Origin: Centroscyllium fabricii
Taxonomy: Eukaryota
Assembly: GCA_051313645.2 (NCBI GenBank)
Contig: JBNRSN020000001.1
Location: 420,608,001 to 420,672,000, forward strand
Direction: 5' to 3'
DNA length: 64,000 nt
Under the pieces are notes generated by a model. That model had not been told where the DNA came from. It ran no database searches and was given only the letters and a program-made list of their open reading frames with translations. Numbering within the stretch: the stretch's first letter is position 1; every line of letters begins with the position of its first letter. The translations under genes were made by a program, and so were the position numbers. Shown in pieces: positions 25,801 to 36,644 of this stretch.

Positions 25801-26076
25801 AATATATAACAAAATAACAGGATGAAGAAAACAATAGAACACTCCTACTCTCACAGCACCAGAAACCAAAACGAACTGGCAATGAACAGGTGAAGACTGG
25901 AGGCTAATAACCCTCTCCAGCTAATTGTATAATAGGGGCTAACCAATCCAGAGAAGGACATGATAATTGGAGTAACGACTCAATAAGCTGAAAAGAACCC
26001 CTATGAACTTAAAGGGACAGTCCCAAAACCCTAAAGAAACCTCTATAAACTAAAAGGGACAGTCCACCCCATGACA
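22889..26076 (-). mobile_element. Non-autonomous Tf1/sushi-type Gypsy element with apparently identical LTRs
   Basis: 655-bp LTRs at 22889-23543 and 25422-26076; TSD CTGGG; PPT GAGGGGGGGG; 11-nt self-complementary PBS; single internal ORF. Confidence 0.95.
23555..25405 (-). CDS. Sushi/PEG10-like Gag + aspartic protease fusion with acidic tail (616 aa); no RT, RNase H or integrase
   Basis: Kozak gccaccATGG; PERYAGD...FSLQPHTF...LSQGNDTVANYAIDF...EPMQLG; protease IDSGA...ILGHAWLRRHNPHIDW; Asp/Glu-rich tail; stop adjacent to the PPT. Confidence 0.9.
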   Translation of the reverse strand: MDPAEALKRLIHVEGALAHQGLALGEVISKIEGLTTAWSQREVSESAGVSLPPHTDSEGGLAPMHQLIAPALEPRVGVPERYAGDPEQCEPFLTSCSILFSLQPHTFANERTRVAFVINHLTDRARLWGTAEWERNTQACFSFEAFSTELRRVFGRVRFDSEAAQGLMSLSQGNDTVANYAIDFRIRARRSEWNQAALREVFIHGLSEYIKDDLVSYDLPPTLDELIYLTTRIDLRIQARRRERRLGGSGRHPPSQTPEVFMTPRGTATARPERVAPESMQWGRNQGRFGPSRETVAAGVEPGGPEPMQLGRTGFRPARYKGPHSPTNGVVMMSRAPDGFSSNPRPLCQARFLLPRGSQSIIICIDSGADMNIIDEDLVTQLGIDQEPLPQSYPVHALDGHLLGTVTHQTSPVLMLMSGDHQESIQFHILRSPQIPLILGHAWLRRHNPHIDWNTGDILGWSLSCHQGCLRRAQISGLRATDQDPPAANYSRSGSPERQVGQREFDPAERFSCPTQDIGETQPISDSHSSHLDQPDKETSTLERSSQVIGAIQLQESLTKEEEPDDEWESADEEDSSQSDYETDIEECFEDYWFPSTLLYPPDPAFEALGRQESPP

Positions 26077-29000
26077 CTGGGAGAACTTTAAAACTCAACA
26101 GAGGAGGACGAAGGGTTTGATTAGGACAGGGAAAATAAAATATGAAAGGAAGCTTGCAGAGAACATTAAAACGGACTGCAAAATATGTAAAAAGAAAGAG
26201 GTTAGTAAAAACAAACATAGGTCCCCTGCAGTCAGAAACAGGGGAAGTCATAATGGGGAACAAAGAAATGGCAGATCAATTGAATAAGTACTTTGGTTCG
26301 GTGTTTACTGAGGAGGACACAAACAACCTTCCGGAAATAAAAGGGGTCAGAGGATTTGGTAAGAGGGAGGAGCTGAGGGAAATCCTTATTAGTCGGGAAA
26401 AGGTGTTGGGGAAATTGATGGGACTGAAGGCTGATAAATCCCCAGGGCCTGATGGTCTGCATCCCAGAGTACTTAAGGAGGTGGCCTTGGAAATAGTGGA
26501 TGCATTGACGATCATTTTCCAACATTCCTTAGACTCTGGATCAGTTCCGATGGAGTGGAAGGTGGCTAATGTAACCCCTCTTTTTAAAAAAGGAGGGAGG
26601 GAGAAAACAGGGAATTATGGACCGGTCAGCCTGACATCGGTGGTGGGTAAAATGATGGAATCAATTATTAAGGATGTCATAGCAGACCATTTGGAAAGTG
26701 GCGACATGATAGGTCCAAGTCAGCATGGATTTGTGAGAGGGAAATCATGCTTTACAAATCTTCTGAAATTTTTTGAGGATGTTTCCAATAGGGTGGACGG
26801 GGGGCAACCAGTAGATGTGGTGTATTTGGACTTTCAGAAGGCTTTCGATAAGGTCCCACACAAGAGATTGGTGTGCAAAGTTAAAGCACATTGGATTGGG
26901 GGTAATGTGTTGAAGTGGATTGAGAACTGGTTGGCACACAGGAAACAAAGAATAGGAGTAAATGGGTACTTTTCAGAATGGCAGGCAGTGACCAGCGGGG
27001 TACCGCAGGGTTCGGTGCTGGGGCCCCAGCTGTTTACATTATATATTAATGATTTGGACGAAGGGATTAATTGTAGTATCTCCAAATTTGCGGATGACAC
27101 TAAATTGGGAGGCAGTGTGAACAATGAGGAGGATGCTAGGAGGCTACAGAGTGACTTGGACAGGTTGGGTGAATGGGCAAATGTATGGCAGATGAAGTAC
27201 AATGTAGATAAATGTGAGGTTATCCACTTTGGTGGTAAAAATAGAGAGGCAGACTATTATCTGAATGGTGGCAGATTAGGGAAAGGGGAGGTGCAACGAG
27301 ACCTGGGCGTCATGGTACATCAGTCACTGAAGGTGAGAATGCAAGTGCAGCAGGCAGTCAAGAAAGCAAATGGCATGATGGCCTTCATAGCAAGGGGATT
27401 TGAGTACAGGAGTAGGGAGGTGATGCTACAGTTGTACAGGGCCTTGGGGAGGCCACACCTGGAGTATTGTGTGCAGTTTTGGTCTCCTAACTTGAGGAAG
27501 GACATTCTTGCTATTGAGGGAGTGCAGCGAAGGTTCACTAGATTGATTCCTGGGATGGCCGGACTGACATATCAAGAAAGACTGGATCAACTGAACTTGT
27601 ATCCTCTGGAGTTCAGAAGAATGAGGGGGGATCTTATAGAGACGTTTAAAATCCTGACTGGTCTAGACAAGTTAGATGCGGGCAGAATGTTTCCAATGTT
27701 AGGGAAGACTAGAACCAGGGGTCACAGTCTAAGGATAAAGGGGAGGCCATTTATGACTGAGATGAGGAGGAACTTCTTCACCCAGAGAGTGGTGAATCTG
27801 TGGAATTCTCTGCCACAGAAGGTTGTTGAGGCCAGTTCGCTAAATATATTCAAAAGGGAGTTAGATATAATACTCACAACTAGGGGGATCAAAGGGTATG
27901 GTGAGAAAGCAGGAATGGGGTACTGAGGTAGCATGTTCAGCCATGAACGCATTAAATAGCGGTGCAGGCTCGAAGGACCGAATGGTCTACTCCTGCACCT
28001 ATTTTCTATGTTTCTATGTAATCCGAACTCCAAAGGTAGACTTCAGTCTTAAAATCATTACTTATGTCTGTTACTTTTACAGTGTATGTACAGTGAGCCA
28101 GAGGTTATGCGGTTACAAGGGGGAATATTAGGCTGTAGATTTGGAATGGGGTAGACCCTCCACTAATAGGGTATGGAAAGAAGTTTGTAAGAGACCTCTA
28201 AAATACAGTGAATTCATTTTTTAATTGGTTCTGGAAAATAATAGGCTGGGGCTTACAAGCAGCAAGTCCTAGCTTGCATGGCCTGTGAACAGCGCTTCTT
28301 GCTGTCAATGATAAAACAAATTCTGAGAGTTATAGACACTCTGCCTGCAGAAAGCTGTGGTCTACCACCTTGTTGAGCCTTTCAGTCTACAGTGAAAGGT
28401 TTGCAAAGCCCCAAGAACTCAAGCATCAGTCTTTTCAGCGAGGCACAGAGAATCCTATTGCACAGATAAATATGATCATTTTCTTAAAATGTTGTATTTT
28501 TTTAATGGATTCGTCCTGTTACAAACTTATTTTCAGTACAGGTACTACGTATCCCACCATAGTGACAGCTACAGAGGGTTGTTGAAAGGATTTAAAAAAA
28601 ACAAAATGATTGATGACCTTTTTTCAGCATTTTACATTTCAATTTTAGATTTCCAGCATCCACAGGATTTTTCTTTTGAAATGATTTGATTGGATCCCCT
28701 TCTTTATATTATTGGTAGCGTTTGATGACTGCTCATTGTTGATTGCTTGTTTTTATATATACTTCCAAGTTTTTTTAATCGGCTTCTCATTGACATGTTC
28801 CTTTACCAGTCAATTAGTTTTTTTTCTGTTTTACAGATATGAATTTCTAGCCAATATGTGTGTGAATAATGGAAAAAAGTGTGTCTGAGGTGTAATGGAA
28901 AATGCGAGACCTTTATACTTCTATTTGTGTCGTATAAAAAATTAGAAATGTTTCAGTTGTCTGTGGAGGTTTTGTTCTGTTTTAGTCAGCTCCCAACTAC

Positions 29001-29496
29001 GAACTAAGTGCAGCTATCAGGGGGTTAAATGTCAGTGCAGTCCATGCACTTGATACATGCCAAAATTTAGAAAAGTGATTAATAAATGTGGATCACTACT
29101 TCAGATTTATCAACATTTAAGGGTAAATTCACCTGATCCTGTACTCCACGGAGCAGGGTCAGAAAGTCAGTGCTACAGTGTTGCAGACCTATCTCTGTTC
29201 CAAGCTCCCTTTAAGAGCAGCTTCCTACTGGGAGTGCAGGATTGGTGAATGTACCCTGTAGTTTGTTTGAACATTTATGTCTTTCATCTGTTTAGAACAA
29301 TTTTACAAATTGTTGCTATCTGCGCAAAAGCCTCGCCTGCCAGGAGAGCCTTTCAGGAATGTTAGTGCATCCCCAAATTCTGAAGATACACTTCGAGTGG
29401 ATGAGGCTTCACACTGGTCACACAAACTCATAAATCTACCCCCCATAATATCAAAATATTTAGTTTCAGAATTTCACTGCACCCCTTTCATGATAT

Positions 29497-32400
29497 TGTA
29501 GCGCCGGCAGGCCTAGGAACCACACGTGAGCCAGAGCTAGAGAAAACACAGATTTATTACACCAAGTAAAACAAGAAAGAGAGTGAACCACTCGCAGCAA
29601 TCGTATTTAAACAGTCCCGCGGTTGGTGACGTCGTCACGTCACCCGGATGAGCGGTGCTTTGCTCCGCGGAGTCCCCGTGGCGGATTAGATGTCTCAGTG
29701 GGCGTGCCGCCACACAGCTCCCCCCAGAATCCGTCCGGGAGGAATAGTGACAGAGTCTATGTTGTGCCGTTGGGGTGGCCGGATGATGCGGCCGGACCGT
29801 GTTGTTCGTTGCTCCTGGTTCTGCGGTGGAGTGTGGGCGGGTTTTGTTGCGGGAGGGCGACCGCGTTGTGGTGGTTGTGCGGGGACCGTGGTCTCACCCG
29901 CTATCACATGTGCCGGCTTGAGCCGGTCTATTGTCACAGTGTCAGTCCTGTTGCCCATTTGTAACTCGAAAGCTTTAGCTCCCGCCCGAAGCACTCTGTA
30001 GGGGCCATCGTAAGGTGGCTGTAGTGGAGATCGGTGTCCGTCGCGCCGGACGAACACGAATTTCGCGTTTTTACTGTTGTCCGGCACCCGAGCTGCCGGC
30101 TCTCCGTGCCGGGCCACTGGTAGTGGCTGGAAAGCTCGTGCCGGGTTGGCGAAATCTTTTAAATACTGGTCGGCTGACCAGGGTGCATTGGGCTCAGCCA
30201 GGAACTCGACTGGCACCGTTAAAGTTTGGCCGTAGACGAGCTCCGCTGCCGAGGCGTTGAGGTCTTCTTTGACTGCCGAGCGCAGCCCGAGGAGGACCCA
30301 TGGAAGGCGGTCGGTCCACGATGCTTCTTTTAGTGTGGCCCGTAGTGATGCCTTCATCGAGCGGTGGAACCGTTCACATAGGCCGTTCACCTGTGGGTGG
30401 TATGCGGTGGTTCGGTGTAGTGTCACCCCGAGGTCACGGGCGATGGCCGCCCATAATGCCGACGTAAATTGGGGTCCTCTGTCGGAGGTGATGTCTGTGG
30501 GCACGCCGAAGCGGGCGACCCAGGTGGCGATGAACACCCTGGCCAAGTCCGTGGTGCCGGTGGCGGTGAGGGGGACTGCTTCTGGCCAGCGAGTGTTGCG
30601 GTCGACCATGGTCATTAGGTGCGTGTGGCCCCGGGATGGCGGTAGTGGCCCGACGAGATCGATGTGGACATGGTCAAAACATCTGGCCGGCACTTTAAAA
30701 TTTTCCAGCAGTGCCCTGATGTGCTTATGCACTTTGGAGCGCTGGCAGGCTATGCAGGAGCTGGCCCAGGCGCGGATGTCCTTGCGCAGGCCACACCATA
30801 CGAATCGGGCCGATATTAATTTAATGGACGCGCGGGCGCCGGGGTGGGACAGGCCATGGAGGGTACTAAATATGTGTCGCCTCCAAGCGTGGGGTATGAC
30901 TGGCCTGGGTTGCGGCAAGGATACGTCGCAGCAGACGATGGTGGCAGCGGGGCCGTGCGCGATATTGGCCAAGTGGAGGCCGGGGAGATTGGTTGCTGCA
31001 TTGAGTAGGTCAGGGTCGGCCAGCTGGTCAGCGGCCAGCTGGGCGTAATCGACCGCCATTTGGGCGGCGTTAATGGTGGGGCGTGAGAGGCAGTCAGCGA
31101 CCACGTTGTCGCGGCCGGAAATGTGCTGGATGTCGGTTGTGTAAATTCCGACACGGCCGCGAGTTGGCGCTGCTGCCTGGCCGACCAGGGTTCAGCGACC
31201 TTAGCCATCGCAAACGTGAGTGGCTTGTGGTCGCTGAAGGCTGTGAAGTGGCGGCCCTCCAAGAGGAAACGAAAGTGTCGCACCGCCAGATGGAGAGCGA
31301 GTAGCTCCCTATCAAAGGCGCTGTATTTAACCTCTGGGGGTCGGAGTTGCCGGCTGAAAAAGGCCAGGGGCTGCCACGAGTTGCCGGTCCACTGCTCAAA
31401 TACGGCCCCGACCGCGTGGTCGGAGGCGTCGGTGGTTAGGGCTACTCTGGCATTGGGCCTAGGGTGGGCTAGGAGAGTGGCATTTGCCAGGGCGATTTTA
31501 GTTGCGGTGAAGGCGGTGGCGGCGTCGGCCGTCCACTCGACCGCATCCTTGTTGGACTGGTATAAGGGGGCCATGAGAGCGGCTGCTCCCGGGATAAAGC
31601 GGTTATAAAAATTAACCATGCCTAAGAATTCCTGCAGCCCGTTAATGGAGTGCGGGCGGGGGAATTCTTGTACCGCCTGCACCTTAGAGGGCAGGGGTAT
31701 GGCCCCTGTTTGGGAAATGCGGTGGCCGAGGAAGTCAATAGTCTCGAGGCCAAATTTGCACTTGGTGGGGCTTAAGATAAGGCCGTGATCGGCCAGGCGC
31801 TGGAACAGGGTCCTGAGGTGCAGGAGGTGTTCCTGGGGGGAGGTGCTGGCCACGAGGATGTCGTCTAGATAGACGAAAATGAACTTCAAGTCCCTTAGGA
31901 CTGAGTCCATGAGGCGCTGGAAGGCCTGGGCTGCGTTTTTAAGGCCGAAGGGCATCCTAAGGAACTCGAAGAGTCCGAAGGGGGTAATGACGGCCGTTTT
32001 AGGAATGTCCGCTGGGTGCACCGGAACCTGGTGGTAGCCACGCACCAGGTCGATCTTCGAAAAGATCGTACAGCCCGCTAATCTGGCGGAAAAATCCTGG
32101 ATGTGGGGTACAGGGTACCTATCCGGGGTAGTGGCGTTCTTAAGGCGGCGGTAGTCGCCGCAGGGGCGCCAGCCTCCGTCGGGCTTGGGGGCTATGTGGA
32201 GCGGAGAGGACCAGGGGCTGCTGGAGCGGCGGATAATGCCGAGTTGCTCCATGGTGTGGAACTCGGTGCGCGCGATCTCCTGCTTGGCCGGGTCGAGCCT
32301 ACGGGCGTGGGCATGGACGGGCGCGCCTGTGGTTGTGATAAAATGTTCCACCCTGTGTTTGGCCTTGCGGGCGGTGAACATGGGGTTGGTTAGGGCGGGG

Positions 32401-33840
32401 AACTCTGCCAGGAGTGTGCCATAGGCATCGGAGTCCCTGGAGCGGCATTGGGCTGCCGCGTGGGCCAGGAGTGCGGGCCCTGTGGAGCATGGGATGGTCG
32501 TCATGGTATTTATATTTACCAAGCGGCGCCGAGTTACGTCGACCAGTAGGCCGCAGGCACAGAGGAAGTCTGCCCCGAGGAGGGGTGAGGTGACCTGGGC
32601 CGTTATAAAATCCCAGGTGTACGCGTGGCTTGCAAGGGTAATGGTTAACTTGCGGGTGCCGTACGTTTTTATGTTGGAGCCGTTGGCTGTCGCTAGTGGC
32701 GGGCCCCGGGTGCCTTGTTTGGTTTCTGCAGGGGAGGCTGGCACGATGCTGTGCTGCGCGCCTGTGTCGCAGAGGAACCTGAGGCCTGTGCCGCTGTCTG
32801 TGGCGAAGAGCAGTGCTCCTGTGTGGCCTACAGACATGGTGGGGGCTGGGTTGGGCCGTGGCTTAAACGCGCATGGCTGGACGCAGCGGTGCGCTTTGTG
32901 TTCGAACCGCGTGTGGTAGTAGCACCAGCCGGTGCTAGAGGAACGCGGTTGTCTAGGTGGGCGCGAGGCCCTAGGTTCAGGCGTAAAGTTATGCCTGGGG
33001 GGTGATTGGCTGCGCTCTACCGATGCGGAGTTAGGGTCGCACGTGGTTGAGCGGGTGCGCTGGGCCTCCATGAGCCTGTCGGCTTCCTCTCCGAGCTCGT
33101 CATCGCTCCGATGGCCAAGGGCCGCCAAGGCCGGTCTGATGGCGCAGGGTAGTTTAAGGAGGAAGACGGTGCGGAAGAGGGAGGCCGGGTTGGGTGTGAG
33201 CGCTTGCATCTGACCTAAGAGGTCCGATGGGTCTGCGTCCCCGAGCTCGGGGAGGTCGAGGAGCTGGCAGTCGCGCTCAAATTGGGAGGGGGCCTTAAGA
33301 GTTTCATACTTGCCTGCGACGGGCACGCGCTGTATTTTTGACCACATCCGATCAATCGTCGTCTGTGGAAGGGCTGAGAACACCAGGTCGTAGCGGTCGT
33401 CCCCTTGAATGCCATGTGTGCGGCAGCTGGTCTCGATACACATAAACCAGGCCGCTGGCCGTTGCTCCCAGAACTCGGGTAGAGTTAGTCCACGTCCGGC
33501 GTTCTGTCCAGCTCCTTGCGTTCGTGGAGCTTGGTTTCTTGGGTTTACCATGCTTTCTTAAAAAAGTCTTTGGCTGGTGGTCCCAGATCCTGCGGCAGCT
33601 TTTTCTTCACTGGAAGTCGTTCCAGTTCGGGGTCACCACTGTAGCGCCGGCAGGCCTAGGAACCACACGTGAGCCAGAGCTAGAGAAAACACAGCTTTAT
33701 TACACCAAGTAAAACAAGAAAGAGAGTGAACCACTCGCAGCAATCGTATTTAAATAGTCGTCGCGTCACCCGGATGAGCGGTGCTTTGCTCCGCGGAGTC
33801 CCCATGGCGGATTCGATGTCTCAGTGGGCGTGCCGCCACA
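29497..33840 (-). mobile_element. Full-length CsRn1-clade Gypsy retrotransposon
   Basis: LTRs at 29497-29714 and 33640-33840 (net 17 bp shorter on the right); TSD ATAT; tRNA-Trp PBS TGGTGACCCCG; Gag CHCC (CYYH...C...C), DTGA, YLDD, TDAS, IN with GPY; frameshift near 31140. Confidence 0.95.
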
Positions 33841-33855
33841 ATATTCCATATTCAT

Positions 33856-34305
33856 GCTGGAGCGATTCAGCTATGGAGAGAGTTGGACAGGCTGAGGTTG
33901 TTTTCCTTGGAGCAGAGAAGGCTGAGGGGGGACCTGATAGAGGTGTACAAAATTATGAGGGGCATAGATAAGGTCGATAGAAAGGAACTTTTCCCCTTAG
34001 TAGAGGGGTCAATAACCAAGGGGCATAGTTTCAAGGTAAAGGGCGGGAGGTTTAGAGGGGATTTGAGGAAAAACTTTTTCACCCAGAGGGTGGTTGGAAT
34101 CTGGAACTCACTGCCTGAAAGGATGGTAGAGGCAGGAACCCTCACAAATTCAAGAAGCATTTAAGTGAGCACTTGAAATGCCATAGCATACAAGGCTACG
34201 GACCAAGTGCTGGAAAATGGGATTAGAATAGATAGGGCTTGATGGCAGGTGCGGACACGATGGACTGAAGGGCCTCTTTCTGTGCTGTATAACTCTATGA
34301 CTCTA
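33856..34305 (+). mobile_element. CR1 3' fragment abutting the last splice acceptor
   Basis: LFSLEQRRLRGDLIEVYKI...FFTQRVV; tail AACTCTATGACTCTA ends about 15 nt before exon start 34321. Confidence 0.88.
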
Positions 34306-34320
34306 TTCTTTCCTCTGCAG

Positions 34321-35441
34321 ATTCCAGTGAATGTTTGCAGTGCTCAGAAAACCACTGGTCTGAGGAAGGAAGTTCAATGTGCCAGGATAGAACTAAAGAG
34401 TTTCTTCAATGGAGAGATGCTCTTTCTGTAGTGTTAATCACACTTGCCACCTTAGGAGGACTTATAATATGTATAATAATCATATTGTTCACAAAACATC
34501 TGAGTACACCAGCTGTGAAAGCTGCTGGAGGTTGGATGTGTTACATAATGCTGTTCTCACTGTTATGCTGTTTTGTCAGTGTTGTGTTGTTTTTTGGAGA
34601 ACCGTTTGATTACATTTGTAAAATCCGACAACCACTTTTTGGTATAAGCTTTACACTTTGTGTTTCCTGTATTTTGGTGAAATCTTTTCGGATCATCCTG
34701 GCATTTAGTTTTAATCCAATTATCCGTAAAAAGTTGAAGTATGTCTATAAACCAGTACCCATTATAATTGTTACCACAGGAATTCAAGTGATCATTTGTT
34801 CAACATGGTTATCTTTGAATACTCCAAAACCTGTGCAAAATAGAAACATCCCCAAAATCATTGTGCTGTTATGTGATGAGGGTTCCCATGTAGCATTTGC
34901 TGTAATGTTAGGATACATCATTTTTCTTGCATGTGTCTGCTTTGTTCTTGCTTTTAAGGGTAGGAAGGCTCCAGAAATGTATAATGAGGCAAAATTTATC
35001 ACATTTAGCATGCTCGTTTACTTAATTGTGTGGATTTCTTTTGGGGTTGTTTATAGTAACACAGAAGCTAATAACAGGTATTTTCCAGTGATTGAATCAA
35101 TTGCAATTTTAGCATCAATCTATAGCATTTTATGCTGCCATTTCTTTCCAACGTGCTATATAGTTTTGTTTAAGAAAGAAAGTAATGTTGAGTCAAGTTA
35201 CTTGACACGTGTAAGAGAGCATTTCAAGCAGAGAGGACAGTTTGTGTGTCCAACTGCAAATATAAAAAGAAACTCTGAAATTTCTACTGAAGAACAGCCT
35301 GCCGCCTTGGTACAAGTGAGAGCAGATTCTGAATTTGAATGTCAAGTTAATCAGAAAACGAATCATACAAACCAGATCAAGAATGGCCAGAATCAAACAC
35401 TTGACTCAAACTGCCTGAGAAAAAGAAGTAAAAGCTGGTAA
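34321..35441 (+). CDS. gprc6a-like: Class C GPCR terminal exon, 7TM domain and C-tail
   Basis: tcctctgcag|AT completes codon GAT; DSSECLQCSENHWS...TPAVKAAGG...CKIRQPLFGISFTLCVSCILVKS...AFKGRK...YNEAKFITF; stop TAA at 35439-35441. AFKG and TPxVKxxGG motifs are GPRC6A-like; exact orthology untested. Confidence 0.92.
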
Positions 35442-35581
35442 TTGCTTCTTGCTATCGAGTGAAATACAGAGAAAAAGGAGTTTATTCTTTATTTTGACTA
35501 CTTTGATATTGACATTTATATTGCAATAAGTTTGGACAATATAAAAATCAATCCTTGAAATTATTCTTTGCAATATTAGCA

Positions 35582-35657
35582 AATAAATACATAACATGTT
35601 TGTATAAATATCATTTGTTTGTTATTTTAAAGGCAGCGTTAACTGGGTTAAAATAAA
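35582..35657 (+). terminator. Candidate polyadenylation signals of the GPCR gene
   Basis: AATAAA at 35582-35587 and 35652-35657 in an AT-rich 3' UTR. Confidence 0.4.
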
Positions 35658-35799
35658 TCAGTTAGCACCTCTTAAATTAGAATTCAAAAATGTTCCCCAT
35701 AAACACATTGACCATTTGTACACTAATATTGCACAGTATAATTTCAAGACACAGATTTTCCAAAGGGATTAAGTGACTGTATAGTCTGTCAGACACACT

Positions 35800-36644
35800 G
35801 GGGGGGAATTTTGCCAGCCCTGGGGAGGCGGGTGTAGAGGCGGGACTGCCGGGAAAATGGCAGAAACGGGGAGGGGTTACCGAACCCACTCCCAACCTGC
35901 CTCCGTACCATCGTCCCAGGAGGCGGGTCCCCGAATCGCGCAGGGACCCGTCTCCTCGAGGCAGGAAGTGGATCACAGCCACTTAACTGCCTGTTAAAAC
36001 AAGTAGTTAACAGGCAGTTAAGAAGCTTATCCTCATTTTACCCACACAAGTGCGAGCTCCCCGATGGCTGCGAACCTCGCCAGGGTCAGCAAGGCGAGCA
36101 GTGGGGCTGCAGGGGTGAGAGGGGTCGAAAAGTGCGCTGTGGAGGTGAGCGGTGGGTGCAAGTGAGGAGAGGTAAGTATGAGAGGTGAGAGTAAAGTGTT
36201 AGAAAAAGTTTACTCACCTTTGCTTCTTTCTGCAGGCTTCAACCCTTGGGGATTCAGAGTGCTCCTCATCTCAATGGCAGAGATGACAGAATGGCTGCTG
36301 CATTCTCCAATGCAGCAGCCATCTAATTTCTGCGGAGGAAATAGGTTTTGGTGAGCCTTCAGTAAGGGCTCACCATAAAACAGAGGTTGTCAGTGTTTGA
36401 CAGCTTCACAGAGCTGTCAAACGATGACAATTCATCTGTCAAAAGTTTTTGATGGATGAAATGTCATACACTAACGTCCTCTGACAGCTTTCCCTTAATT
36501 GGCCTGCTGAGCCCGCAGAGTGGGCTTAACAAGGTCAATCAAGGGAAAATAGCGTGGGTTGGCTGGACGTCATTGGGGGCGGGACTAAAACCTGGAAACC
36601 AGCAGTCCTGCCTCCAATGCGCCCCCATTGATAAAGTCCAGCCC
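35800..36644. mobile_element. MITE-like (possibly Harbinger-derived) element with serial hairpins
   Basis: Imperfect terminal inverted similarity (GGGGGGAATTTT...GAGGCGGGACTGC versus GCAGTCCTGCCTC...AAAGTCCAGCCC) and several perfect internal stems. Confidence 0.55.

Larger units (their letters stand above)
20718..28016 (+). mobile_element. Near full-length CR1 LINE interrupted by the LTR element at 22889-26076
   Basis: ORF1 at 20818-21762; ORF2 EN at 21775-22888 resumes at 26082 (frameshift near 26180), RT to 27926; (TTTCTATG)n tail; probable TSD TGTAATC at 20711-20717 and 28017-28023. Confidence 0.92.
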
